Shown piece by piece: positions 24,391 through 37,239 of a stretch of 64,000 nucleotides of DNA. The position numbers and the translations under genes were made by a program. The stretch spans positions 1,860,001-1,924,000 of the forward strand of contig MU054323.1 of assembly GCA_013239625.1 (NCBI GenBank), written 5' to 3'. Positions within the stretch are counted from its first letter, which is position 1. The number at the start of each line of letters is the position of its first letter. The notes under the pieces were generated by a model. It was given only the letters and a program-made list of their open reading frames with translations. It did no database searches and was not told the DNA's origin. The DNA comes from Lama guanicoe (Eukaryota).

Positions 24391-25559
24391 AAGAGATTAA
24401 GAAGAAAAAAAAGTTCTGTCCAGATTATTAGGCCAGCAGTGGTTCAGGAAGGCTGGATCTACACTTTGAGACTAGATTTATGGCCTTAGGTAGAAGAATT
24501 TTTCAACAGTCCTCAGCTTCTCATGAAATCTTGGGTACAAATTTGTGCAATGTTTGTTGCAAACAATCTTTAAGCCCTCTAAACTTAAACTGCACCCAGA
24601 CTGACGGATCTCTCACACCTCTAATGGCCTCGTCACTGGGTTATGATCTTGGAAAAAGCATGACAGTCCACAATAGGCTTTTCCATGTGGCTTAATATGG
24701 AAAAATAAATAGTTCTTTACCTCTTTTTGGAAATGTGCTTATCACTACATTTCTGGGCTACATGATCTCCAAACCTGAGCTGCAGTGATAGGGATAAATA
24801 ATTCAGTGGTGTAATAACTCCTTGTCTATCAAAGAATCTGAAGGGATTTTTCCAAGGGTATTTCAATGTACTTTATCTACATCAGAGTGACTAAAGAAAT
24901 AAAGGGTTGTAACAGTAGGTTGACACAGCAAATCTCCACTCTCTTTGCTATACTTTTCAGGGGAAAAAAATTCTGGATTAAATAGAAAGAAGTGAACTGG
25001 ATAATGCCTTCCTCAGGAAATTGCTTTTCATCTTTTACTTTAAATAAAACTTATTTTTAGCCAATCAAAGGAATTTTTCAGGTTGAAAGATTGTATTTAT
25101 GAAATACAGTGTAAGATAATACCCCATTCTTGTGCTGCTTAGCAGGGGATGAAAAATAAACTAATTATATTTTGGTCTTTTGGTTGAAATACTATGTGTG
25201 TGTGTTGATCTGTGAGTAACTTCCTTTAATATAATAAATAATCTTTGTTATAAATGAGGATGGCATATTCCTTTCCAATGCGATTTTGACCATAAGCATG
25301 GGATTAATTGTGCCAAGGAGCACTGTGCTCTGTCTGAACCTGTTATAATAGGAGAGCGTCTTCGTCAATGTGGTGGCCCTGCCTTTAGCCATCCCAGGTG
25401 GTGGCACTTGCTCCATGCACATTCTTTCTGATCCTCAACTTCTCCTGAAGGAAGGCACAGGGGAGTGCTCAGTTTGTACCATCACACTTATATCACAAAG
25501 AACTGATTAGAAATGATTTGGACACAACTGCCCTTTTATTTGCCACTTTTTTGTTCATG

Positions 25560-26495
25560 TTTATTTTATTAGAACATTCCCGTCACCTAGAAAGCTTCAT
25601 TGTGCCATTATACAATCATTCCTTATTCATAAGCGAGTCTCAGACAACCACTATCTATTTTCTATATTTATATATCTTTTCTGGACATTTCATATGGTGT
25701 GGTATGCACTATGTCGTCTTTTGTGTCTGGTATCTTTAAATTAGCATAAAGTTTTTGAGATTCATTCATGTTTGCAGCATTATTAGTACTTCATTTCTTT
25801 CCGTGGTGAAATAATATTCTGTTTTATGGATATACTGCATTTTGTCTTTCCATTTACCTCGATGGACATTTGGGTTGTTTCCACTTGTGGCCATTATGAA
25901 TAATGTTATAATGACTATTTGAAAAACATTGAACATATGTCTGGACATATATTTTTAATCCTCTTGGGCATGTATCTAGGAGTGGAACTTCTGGGTCAGA
26001 TGGTAAATCTGCGACTACCATTTAAGGAAACTGATAAACTGTTGTCCAAAGAGGCTGCACAAGTTTACACTCCTACCGGCAATATATGGTGTTTTAATTT
26101 CTCCACATTCTCCCGTTTTCTTGCCAACACTTGTTATTGTCTGTCTTTTTTATTAAAGTTATCTGGTAAAATGGCACCTTATTGTTTTAATTTGCATTGC
26201 TCTAATAACTAAGGATGTTGAGGATCTCTTGCGCATTAACTGGTCATTTGTATATCTTCTTTGGTAAGATATCTATTCCAATACTTTGCCTTTTAAAATT
26301 TTAGGTCATTTTTCTTTTCAGTATTGAATTATGAGAGTTCTTTATATATTCTGGTTGTAAATTCCTTGTCATACATAGCATTTGCAAATATTTTCTCCCA
26401 GTCTTTGGCTTGTATTTTCATTTTATTGGTGGTATGTTTTGAACTTCAAAAGCTTTTAATTTTCATGAAGTTCCATTTACATCAAATTTATTTTT
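25560..26495 (-). mobile_element. L1MB/ME-type 3' end, antisense
   Basis: gtcttttgtgtctgg...gatggacatttgggttgtttccact...gagtggaacttctgggtca...tttgcaaatattttctccca. Confidence 0.88.
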
Positions 26496-28789
26496 GCTCT
26501 TGGGATGGTAAATTATGTGAGCAGAACATGAAAATATAAAAATTGACTTTTCCCCCCATTTTAAATGCATTTTACTTATTCAAATTAAATTGTTCAATAG
26601 AAGTCAAACTTACTGGCTTTGTTGGAAATATCAATTTCCTTAATATTTAAGGAACAACTTGGGTGCAGTATGTTTTCAGGGTAAGGTTCACTTCCCTCCC
26701 CAAACACACAATATGTATATCTATCCATCCCAACAGTAATTTCTGGGTATGCTCTCTCTCTGCACATACCACTTCCAATAAACCCCAAGTTGGGCAATAT
26801 CATCACATTTCCTCTGTCCTTGAATTTACTGTTTTCTCTGGTTGTTCCCTCCATGTTCAATACAGGAAGGAACTTGTCTCACCTGTTTTGTTTCTATAAA
26901 CACTTCATATATTTTGCATTAGTTACAAAGTGGTTTCAGCTTCTCTGTGAGTTATATGACATGTGATTACTTTGTACCAAAATTTTTCTCAGATTTTCCA
27001 GTGGGTAAAATTGTTTTATTTTAAAAGATGACTTTGGTCAAAAATTATTAAGACATTATGGTCTAGCTACAATGTCTAGACACAGTAATATATATTTTAT
27101 ATAATTTTTTTCAGTTAATTGTTAAGTACGTTATTCCCATCTCACAGATAAAGAATCTAAGGTATGTAGATATTGAGTAACTTATGGGCTTTTCAGCCAT
27201 GGCAAGAGGTTGTGCAGACTCCGATATTTGTACTCTTCAGTGCCAGTTGTTCCTAACAAATCTACTTGGAGCCTTTGAAGAAAAAATGCTTATCCCATAA
27301 TAGGTTTATTTGAATATATTGTTTAGATAATCTCCCAGTTTTCCTCTGAATCTAGGAATTCAAGAGTACTGTAATCCTACAGTTCTCATTTCATTTATTT
27401 CAGGGTCCTGTGATCATACTGTTTGCCAAGAGTACTGTGATCTTATCTAAAAAATATGGAAAGCATTTTCCAAAGCAATTTAAAAATGGACATTCTAAGG
27501 TGCTTTGTGATTATCATCATTTAGTAATTGCATAATTTTATAATGTAATTAAATGGCATGATCTTGAAATGCTAGTCCCATTGCAGAATTCTTTATCATT
27601 TGTGATTTTGTTGTAACAGGAGTGAAAAAATAGATGCTGATGGCCTTAATAGACTTATTTTTAGAATCCCTAATAGATTAACACTGATGTCCTCATCAAT
27701 CTGTTTGAGTGTCCTTGGCATTTATGGTTCTCACTGATGGGTGATATTTATAACTGTCTTAACAAGCAATTCTAGCCAAATCGGCTTTCGCGTCGTAAGT
27801 ACAGGGAGTTATTCATGTCGAAATGATGTAAGAAGTGGAGCATAATTTAAAATACATAAATTGATTTTTTTGCATTGCTCATCATTTCACTCTTAATATT
27901 AAATAAAACAACTGTGACACAGATATTGAACTATGAATAAGAAATATCCACCCTTTAAACACCATTTATAGGACAAGGTAAGGATTAATCCTTTTAATCC
28001 AAAGACTTTGCCCCAAAAAGGGCTTTTCAAATGGTTTCTTTTTACTGAGTATAATGGTTCACACTGTCTTTCTTTACTATCTCTTTTCAGTGGCCATCAG
28101 TGCTAGTGAGTTATGGATAAGTACTATCTCAATTCAAATAATGGTTTAGAACTTTTAACAGTGATCTATGGACCCACCCAGGAAACCTTGCCTCTACCCT
28201 TCAGCAAGGCAAAGTAGGAGAAATAATGTGGAAAAAAAATCGTCAGTCTAAACCCGCTGAATTTTACCAAGTCCTTATGGCTCTGATATTGAAAAATCAG
28301 CTCTGGCTGGAAAAGAGTGCTTTCTTTTCAACATTTTGACTTTGTCCTATGAAATCTGGCTCGGAACATATGTTTCCTATTTCAAAGTTTCCTTTTAAAA
28401 TCACTGCTATCAAAAAAATCTACAAATCACCTCAATTGGATTGACCATCAAAATTTTTGGAAATTGGAATCACTGAATAAAAACAGATTTAAAAAAAAAA
28501 ACAAAAAAACCTTCCTTGGCTTTGGTGTCAACTTCTCTTAGTAAGTCTTGTGTATTTACTCTAAGTGCCCAGGCTGATTACACTCTTTGGTGTATAAAGG
28601 GTAGTTTTTCATATTTATTCAGCTGGATAGCATGAATAGGTAGCTAATTTGGTGGAATATATTTTTTTGATCTAATGAACATATGACTCTATACTTCAAA
28701 ATGTATCATGAATGTATTATGACAAATACAAGGGTATTCTTAAAATGCCATCTTGATTATAATTCTCCCCATTCCCACATTCACTAAGT

Positions 28790-29180
28790 CATTAGTGATA
28801 TTCCCCAAACATTCTCAGTTCTTCTTCATTCCAGATTGAGTTGCTCTTCTTGGCCCCTTGTGGTTGGATGGGATCCCATAACTATTTCCGGCCAATGAGA
28901 TGAGAGTAGCAGCAATGTGTGCCCTTTCTGGGCTGAAACTTTCCTTGCCAGTGCAAGAACCTCAGGAGCTCTCTGAGCCCCTAGTATGATGACCAGCAAT
29001 GTTTGAGGGGGTGACTGCTTCTCAGACAAAATCCTTAGGTGGCTGCAATGAGCAAAAGCCTCCCTGTCAAACCATGGTAGAAAAGTAGCATGAGCATAAA
29101 ACACATCTTTGTTATTGTAAAGTACTAAAATGTGGGCTTCTTTGTTACTTCAGCATAACCAAGCTATTCTGACTAGTACA
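28790..29180 (+). mobile_element. MaLR LTR (MLT1I/J-like)
   Basis: ggccaatgagatgagagtag...tagcatgagcataaaacacatctttgttattgtaaag...tttgttacttcagcataacc...ctgactagtaca. Confidence 0.8.
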
Positions 29181-29435
29181 TTTCTGTATTTCCCATCGCT
29201 TACTGAAAAATAATTCACTGGGTACAGGATGAAGTATGCACTCCTATTTCTGACATTCAAGACCCTCTTAAATATGTGTTTATTCTGCTTTTCTTAGGAT
29301 GGCTCATTCAGTTTGATTTCCAGTAGACTGGACTCTACAACGTGACTTTTAGTTTCTAAGACTGAGTCTTCTGTAAAGGCCTCATTACTTTTCTGTTGTA
29401 TGTGAATATTCTCTTTTTGAATTCCCGTATTTATA

Positions 29436-29607
29436 CATTTTTTTCATTTTTTATATTTTTTGTGGGGGGATTTCATTAGGTTTATTTATTTATTTACTTA
29501 CCTATTCATTATGTTTTTTTTTTTTAATGGAGGTACTGGGGATTGAACCCAGGACCTCGTGAATGCTAGGCATACACGTGTTCTACCATTTGAGCTATAC
29601 CCTCCCC
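29436..29607 (-). mobile_element. tRNA-Ala-derived SINE (camelid Vic-1-like)
   Basis: Minus strand GGGGAGGGTATAGCTCAAATGGTAGA...GAGGTCCTGGGTTCAATCCCCAGTACCTCC with Pol III A and B boxes, then TAAA repeats, AAACCTAAT and an A-rich tail. Confidence 0.9.
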
Positions 29608-30099
29608 ACAATAAGTATATCTTATTTTTCTTTTATTTTTAATTTTTCCTATCTAGGAACCTATCATTCTCTTTACAGATAATTTCTAAATGAGTTTAAT
29701 GTCAGGGCATGTGACTTATATCTATATTTCTTGTAGAAATTAGCTCTTTTCCTAGAGTTTGGGAGGTAGCCAATAAATATTTATAGTATTGGATTGTTTT
29801 CTTCTTAAAGGTAAAACAATGCAAATAGTATGTTTTTATTTTTTATTTTGTCTTTCTTCAGCTAAAAGTAACTCATAACAAAGTGATTATAAACTGATGG
29901 AAAGTAGAGAACATCTATGAATTGTTTCTTCATCTACTTTTTGCCCCCTGATTCATCTTGATCTATTTATTGTTTCAATTATTATCTCATTTACCTATCT
30001 GCAACTTTATGAAAGTAGTATATTTCCAGGGGCAAACAGGCACATCAGAACTTAGAAGCAGGAGTCTTGACCCATCCCCAAATGTAGCTCTCAGAAATA

Positions 30100-32440
30100 A
30101 ATACTTTAAAGTATTTCTATTTGGAGTTCTCCTGAAGTTTTTGTCATATTTCAAAATAATATGTGCATACAGTCATTAATTAATATATTAACTCTAGACA
30201 TTAACTATTAACTTCCTGACAAGGATTTTATTCATTGCAGTAATCTGAGACCCCTCATCCTTATACATTTATATCAATATTTTATTTTTTCTATTGGTTA
30301 ATATTGTATTTTAATATTTTAAAATTTCTGTTTGTTTCATCATTTTTTGAGGGTATCTCTTGACTGCACACTTGGTGAAATGAAGATATTATCTTTTCAC
30401 CTTTCAACCTTTACATTCTTATCTGTAACCTTAAGTCTTCCATGCTTTGTCCAGAGGGACATCCTAAAAATTTAAAATCAATAAAATGCACTTATTTTAT
30501 TGACTAAGTAAAAGTCTTCGCTGCACAGCCTGAGTACTATGACTTATTTGACTTATGACAGTTTGTTTTTTCCCCCTCTTGTTTCCAATGGCCTTTAAAA
30601 CAGTCTAGTACTATCTGCCTTTATGACAACGTTATGCTTTCCCAACATCTCAGCAGTGCCCTCTAATCTAGGAAACCCCCTCCTTGCAGGAAGCCTTGCT
30701 TCTGTTGTTGTTTCTACTCTAGAGTGTACTGACTCCTTTCCAGACCTGCCTTCTCTCTCACTGCTCTCCTAGGTTAGACCCTGACTCTCATTGTTTCTCT
30801 TCTTGCTTTATCTCCTCATTTTACTAGAGCATATCTTTAAGTAACTTCTTGATAGAGAATTTGTGAAAGCAGAATTTTCTGAATCTTCTCATGTCTAAAA
30901 ATGTCTTTTTTTTTTTTCTGAGTTCACTATTGATTCATACATTGTCTGGGATTCAGTTCTAGGCTGAATGCTATTTCCCTTTAGGATGTGGAAGGAATTG
31001 CTGCTTCTGGAGATAAATCAGATGCCAGCATGATGTTTCTTTTTCTTATGTAAGATATTTGCTTTTCTTTCTGTGCTCCCCTCCACCACTGAGCAAATAC
31101 ACACAAAGTTTTAGAATCTTCTCTTTATTCTTAACGTTCTCAAATTGTACAAGCATATCTCAGTGTGAATTTTGTTTTTAAAGTTCTGTTTAGTACTTGG
31201 TGGGCCACTTTGTTTCCTCAATTTCTAAAAATTCTGTTGTATTTATATTTGTAAATTTCCCCTCATCCATTTTCTCTGTTTTTAATTTCTTGAATATTGG
31301 TGCTTTTAATTCAAACTTCATTGTCATTGCTTTTTTTTTTTTTTTTGCTAATAATTTGGTCCCTTTGTTCTTATTTGAGATTTCTTGGCTTTATACATAC
31401 ATGATCCTATGGAATATTTTTTACTTGAAAACACTTTATTTTTAAACTAAACAAGTGTTTTCTTTCTTTGATTTTTTTATAGCAATTTGTCATTACTTTC
31501 CTGTTTTATAGATGCAGTGGCTTATGGAATTTTTGTACAATGATGCCCTATTGTGTCACCCAGATCCCTCTCCAATATGGAAGCACTCATTCCTCCACTT
31601 TCTGTGCTCTGTGTTGTTTGCCAAATGGGGGTGGGGCTAGGGTGCAGTTGAGATGTGTAAACAGCTGGCCTCTTGCTTCAGTTCTGTAAATATCTACAGG
31701 GCCTTACAATGCCTAAGAACCGCCTGGGATTGCTTGAGACGTCTGTGACCACTGAGTCACATGTCAACATCTCCTTCTGCCCAATCTTGCTTCCCACACT
31801 CCCTTCCTCCCAGAGCCTGTTTCCCATGGAGACTGACCTAAGATACTGTTAATATAAAGTTGTTATTTTTCAAAAAATTTCTTCTGTTTTCTGAATTATA
31901 TCTGTTTCGTTCAGAGTTATTTATCTATTAATTGTGTGTGTGTGGTGTATTTAAAATCTGGAGCACTATTATCCATACTGTACTTCTCCCTAGACGGTTT
32001 GTTTATTTTTACCAAAAAAAAAAATTTTTCTTCTTGCTTTGGGGTAAACATCTGACTGTTTTTTATTCTCTACTTAAGAGGTCTGGGAAGGTGGGTGAGA
32101 ATGGGGTCAACTCCTTAGAACTTCAATTCACCACTTTTTTCAGCCCTTTTCCCCTCCCTCACTTTCTGTTTCCATATCCACATCTCCCCCAGCGTTCTCC
32201 CCAAGGGGCACCCGGTCTTTGTGGCCAAAGTGTCTGCAGGTCTGTAGGCTGTGTCTTGTGCTGTCCATTTGGTCAGTCAGTATGCTTACCACGCTTCCTG
32301 GTTTCCAGAAATGTATTAAAATATCTCCTTTGCTGATGCTCCCTCTCTTCTCTCAGTTGTAGTGTTGAGTCATACCTTTTTGCTCCTTTACTTCTTGTTA
32401 GTGTAACCCTAAGAAGAGCAGCGTGCTCTGTGCCCTCTCT
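30100..32440 (-). mobile_element. Highly diverged HAL1/L1M ORF1-type relic, interrupted by an LTR
   Basis: agaattttctgaatcttctcatgtctaaaaatgtctttt...ctaggctga...tttccctttaggatgtggaaggaattgct; boundaries uncertain. Confidence 0.5.
31525..31846 (+). mobile_element. ERVL LTR (LTR16-like)
   Basis: cacccagatccctctcc...gaagcactcattcctcca ... ctccttctgcccaatcttgcttccc ... gactgacctaagata. Confidence 0.7.
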
Positions 32441-33027
32441 TGACCCCAGGGTCCTCTGACTTACGTGTGACTTTTCTTAGAATAGTTATGCTGCTGGAGT
32501 TAAATCTCAACTTAGTATGCAGTGACACTCATTCTTTTCTTCCCATTATTAAAAGTTTCTTCCCCAAACTGAACATCCATCATTAGGGGATACCTATTTC
32601 TCTGGTTGCCTTTCACTCTTGCAACCATCCGTGATAGATAAGACCATCCTGACGTTATAGGTGAGGAAAAGGAAATTTAGAGATTGATGAGTTTTTCCCA
32701 TGATTTATGTCATCAATAGCAGAGGAAGAATTTGACCTTCAATTCCAATTTTGTCTCTCTTAAAAAATTCTTCTCTTTTTTCTCTTCTTTGCCTCAAGAA
32801 CCATGCCTGGATGGCTGTCTTTTCTTGTTGCTCTGATTTCTGAGTCTCAGCTACTGCAATTCAATGTTGGTGTGCTAGTAGGTGGTGAAACAGAACCCCC
32901 ATGTCTAGCCTAATTTCCTTACTACCTCCCACACTGATGATTGATCTAAATTTTTCCTTTGAGTTTTAACAATGAAGCAACCATCAGAGTGCTGTTTTAT
33001 TCTCACTTTTAAGAATCCCTGTGAACT

Positions 33028-33197
33028 TTTTTTTTTTTTTTACGAAAGCACACTTTTTTGTTTGTATTGTTTGTATTTGGACGGGGAGGTAATTAGGTTT
33101 CTTCACTGATTTCCGCTTGGAGGAGTTCCCGGGAATTGAACCCGGGACCTCTTGTGTGCTGAACATGCGCTCTACCACTTGAGCTATACCCCCCCCC
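33028..33197 (-). mobile_element. tRNA-Ala-derived SINE (Vic-1-like) with 14-bp TSD
   Basis: Minus strand GGGGGTATAGCTCAAGTGGTAGAGCGCATG...GAGGTCCCGGGTTCAATTCCCGG; poly-A tail; TSD aatccctgtgaact (33014-33027) / aatccctatgaact (33198-33211). Confidence 0.95.
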
Positions 33198-33469
33198 AAT
33201 CCCTATGAACTACTAAAACTAAGTTTTACTTGATTTTCACCTTATAAAATTCCAGACATGTAAAATATGTGAAGCTAAACAAGGGGAGAGAGTATTAAGA
33301 AGGTTTTTTAGATAAATCACCCTAACCCCAAAGGGAAAGAAGTAACAAGATGAATGGGAGCCCAGTACTCTGCCAGAGTGGGTCCTAGTGTACTGCCACA
33401 CAACATAGGCTTTTGTTTCAATATCCAAAATGCACAATTACTGAAAGAAGTTATGCATTTATTAGTAGG

Positions 33470-33715
33470 ATTCATGCCTTCCTCCATTCAAGCATTCTAC
33501 AAATACTTGAGTGTCCACCAAGTGTTCAGTATTATTGTGGGCACAGGTGATGTGACAGTAAACCTCAAGGACAAGATAAATATCTTCGAAGTACTATCAG
33601 TCTAGCCGTGGAAGACATAGTAAATAAGTGGACAATTAAATAATGTAATTTTAGGTAGCAATAAGAGAAATGAAGAAAGGAAAGCAGGGCGATGGACTGA
33701 TAATTATTGGGGGAG
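33470..33715 (-). mobile_element. L2 3' end, antisense
   Basis: cattcaagcattctacaaatacttgagtgtccaccaagtg...gggcacaggtgatgtgacagtaaac. Confidence 0.75.
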
Positions 33716-33719
33716 GGGT

Positions 33720-34220
33720 ATACGGTGGGCATACTCTCTCAGGACCCCTTAATGATATTCAAGGTATTCAATGTGGGCTGTGTTAGCGACTTGCTGTTCA
33801 TCCAGAGAAATTGCTAAAGGTGGTGGGATACCACTTTCATGACTACGTTAGGAACTGTGACCTCTGTCTTGCTAGCTGTCCCTCTCTGTTGCTTTGAGGA
33901 GGTAAGCCGCCATGTTAGCCAGGTTCACATGACAAGGAACCAAGGGCTGCCTCTGACTGACTAACAGCCAGTAAGAAACTCAGGCCCTCAGTCTAACATC
34001 CCTCAAGGAATGAAATCTGCCAACAACCTGAACGAGATTGGAAGCTACTCCCGGAACTCTGGGATGAGACCCCAGCCCTGACCGATAAGCTGACTGTAGA
34101 GAAACTCTACAACCCCAGCGAAGCTTGCCCAGGTTCCTGGCCCAGAGAAACTGTGAGATAATAAATGTGTGTTGTTTTAACGCCAAGTCTGTGGTGATAC
34201 TGTAATACAGCAGTAGCAGA
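33720..34220 (+). mobile_element. MaLR LTR (MLT1E/F-like)
   Basis: cacatgacaaggaac...aacagccagtaagaaactcaggccctcagtc...cccagagaaactgtgagataataaatgtgtgttgttttaa. Confidence 0.85.
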
Positions 34221-35917
34221 ATTGTTATTTACTTATCTGCTTAAAGGAGCCTCTTTTAAATTGATTGTACTAGTGTATGCCTTCTTTCCCATTCATATTG
34301 TACTGGAATATAATTAGATTTGCAGCCTCTTTCTGATAAGCATTGATTTTTACCTTCTGAAATGACATTGGATCTTTTGGATCCTCTTTTCAAAAAATCC
34401 AGTTATCTAATTCACTTGTGCAAAATTATGCCGGTTACTAAGAGAACCAGCTATAATAAGGCCCTTTTCAGTTTCCACATTTGTTAGCTTCTCTTCTCAG
34501 AGTTGCAGGCTCATTCCTGGCCCATTACCATTAATAATGTTTAAATGTGCTAAGATGTAATACCTTGTCATATACCATTTTTCTTCAAGGCATTTAAGAC
34601 TTACTGGGGATCTTTCTCTGTAGAAAATTCCATGCTTATAGAAATAATAAAAGTGCTCATGCATCAAAAAATCATACAAGGTCTATTCTATTAGAGCCTC
34701 ATGGGAGCTCCTATGAGGGGCCACGTGTGCAGCCTGTGGCTGCAGCTAGTGGCTGGATTATAGATATTGTCATCTTAATATCTTTGCTACTATTTCCTAC
34801 AGTAAGTTCAACATAATGCACTGCCTGATAGCTTCTGGGCTCAACTCCTAGCAGAAAATCTTCAGTGGAAACAACTGAACATGCATCTGCTCCATCACTT
34901 AAGAAGAGATCCCTCTGCAAACTGGCCTGTGGGAGAATGGGAAAAAGCCTTCCAGGAGGGTAACAAGGGTGGTGAACAAAGGCAACGAGACCATGCACAC
35001 CCTGGGAAGGAAAAAAGGGGGAGAGACGGCCCAGGCAAAGTGTTAGGTCAGCCCAAAGCTCTCCTTTTTACTGCCAGCGCAAGTCTTCTGTCTTTGGGGA
35101 CCATCAGACACTAGAAAACAGAGCTGGAGCTTTCTCTTCCTGCAGCCCCCACCTTGGTGGGGATTCCCTGTCGAAGAACACGCGTCCCTTTTCCCTGCGG
35201 GGCTGCACTTTTCCCTTTTATGAATTGTCCAAAGCCAAAGTCACAACCCTGACCATGACCATTTGAATGAGTGTTTATTTTTTAAAATAAAAAGTATACT
35301 CATTAAAACAGGATGATCGTGTATATGTTACTCCAAGGAAGGACTTCAGCTGCTCTCTCCTGCCATCACTTGTGCCCTCACTTTGGTCACAGCTGTGTCT
35401 CCCACCTGGATAAAGCATCTGACGTCAGAGGGCAGCTAGAGAAAGACATACAAGGCTGGAATTCTCTTAATGGAATGATCATAAGTCCCATACTGTTATG
35501 GTACTGGCATGTGCCAAGCTTATATTTTTTGTATAATGAGAACCCATCAATCAAAATGTAGTCTTACTCCTCTAGTCACTGGTAAGAAAAAAAAGAAGCA
35601 AATTGTTTTCCGTTCTTCAAATACACAAGGACCCTGTTGTTACCAGTGTAGTGGGCATGGTGCCCCTTTCATCTTGGACATTCAGCAAATGGCAAGAGTA
35701 TGTTTGCATGGTGTGTCTGTGAAGTGTGTGTGTGACTGTGTGTGATGAGGCTCTGAAACAGTTCTATGAACTGCCACTCTGAGAGTGTCAAAGACTAACT
35801 TATGACAATGTGTGACCTCCTCCGGGGTTTAATTTTAAATAGAGACAGCTTCAGAAGGTAGATCATTTCTCTTCCCTCAGATTCTCCTATGTGAAGTGCA
35901 CAAGCATATCTTTATAG

Positions 35918-35970
35918 GTAGATGATGGATAGATGGATAGATAGATAGATGATAGATAGATCGATAGATC
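35918..35970. repeat. Imperfect (GATA)n microsatellite (second copy at about 38513-38565)
   Basis: gtagatgatggatagatggatagatagatagatgatagatagatcgatagatc. Confidence 0.9.
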
Positions 35971-36064
35971 ACAATGTCTCAGCAAAAATGTGTTCATCTC
36001 TATAGTTTCTGAAAATATATGCTTTCCCCACATCTTAGAAGCCTTACTTTTTTGCAAACAATAA

Positions 36065-36390
36065 GCATCGGGTGATGGAACAAATGATGATTTAGAAGCT
36101 AAAATCTGTGTGTGACTGGCTGACTCTTGACTCCATCTCTGACCAGCTGTGTGCCCTCGAGCTGGTCACAATTGCTCTAAACTTCAGTCTTTTATGTGTT
36201 CAATAGATAGTGCAAATATCACTAGCCCTGTGATTCTATACAAATTTTCCTCATTTGCTTCGTCTGTAAAATAAGAATAATGGTGCTTTCTTAAAGGAAT
36301 TTGTAAGACTGAAGAGATTCTCCATGTGAGGTAGAGCCGATGGAACAAGGTCTGAGGCAGAGGAAGCACTCGGTAATACCAGCTATTATT
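36065..36390 (+). mobile_element. MIR fragments (duplicated at about 38660-38985)
   Basis: ctccatctctgaccagctgtgtgccctcg ... cgtctgtaaaataagaataatggtg ... gaggaagcactcggtaataccagctattatt. Confidence 0.65.
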
Positions 36391-36802
36391 ACAACCTCAC
36401 AGTGTTGCCATCTTAAGTCATCTTAAAGATGGTATGTCAGTGAGTCCTATGCAGTAAGTTGTTTTATGATGCAGGTGTGGTGGTGGTTGTGCATATTTTT
36501 TGTTTGTGGTGCTAAACAATTTAATGTCTTCTTGGTTAACTATTTTTTGGGGAAAAAAGCATTAGATTCCCTACTCATTTCATGTATAAAAGTAAATTCC
36601 TGATGAATCAAGTAGTGAAATACAAAAAATGAAAATGTGAAAGAACTGGAAGAAGATATGAATATGGGTATGATATTGGACATTGAGAGCACCTTCAGAA
36701 ACATGACAAAATCAAAAATTATAAAATAAAAATCCATTCAGTTATACCACACGGAAACTGAAAACAAACAAAAAAAGCACCCTGCTTATGAGCGAGGATA
36801 CC

Positions 36803-37239
36803 GTAATACAGTGCAAGACTGCAGCAGACCGTATACAACCCAGATTTGAACTGTGTGAGTTTGCTTATATGCAGATTTTTTTTTCAGTAAATACGGTACC
36901 TGTATTTTCATTTTACAGATCTTTAAGTGTGGAGGAAAGTTTGCATTCGATTAGAGATCACAATACATGAATCAAGAGAACGAGAGTTTGTCCTGATTCT
37001 ATACAGTTTCAGCTTCTTACGTAATACAGTGCAAGACTACAGCAGACCGTATACAACCCAGATTTGAACTGTGTGAGTTCGCTTATATGCAGATTTTTTT
37101 TTTCAGTAAATACGGTACCTGTATTTTCATTTTACAGATCTTTAAGTGTGGAGAAAAGTTTGCATTCGATTAGAGATCACAATACATGAATCAAGAGAAC
37201 GAGAGTTTGTCCTGATTCTATACAGTTTCAGCTTCTTAC
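36803..37239 (+). repeat. Two-unit tandem repeat, 218/219-bp period, left copy only
   Basis: 36803-37020 and 37021-37239 both run gtaatacagtgcaagact...cagcttcttac; the right copy has a single unit. Confidence 0.95.

Noticed and set aside
33120..33197. tRNA-Ala gene
   Set aside because: Acceptor and anticodon stems are imperfect, and it has a SINE body, poly-A tail and TSD, so it is a SINE.
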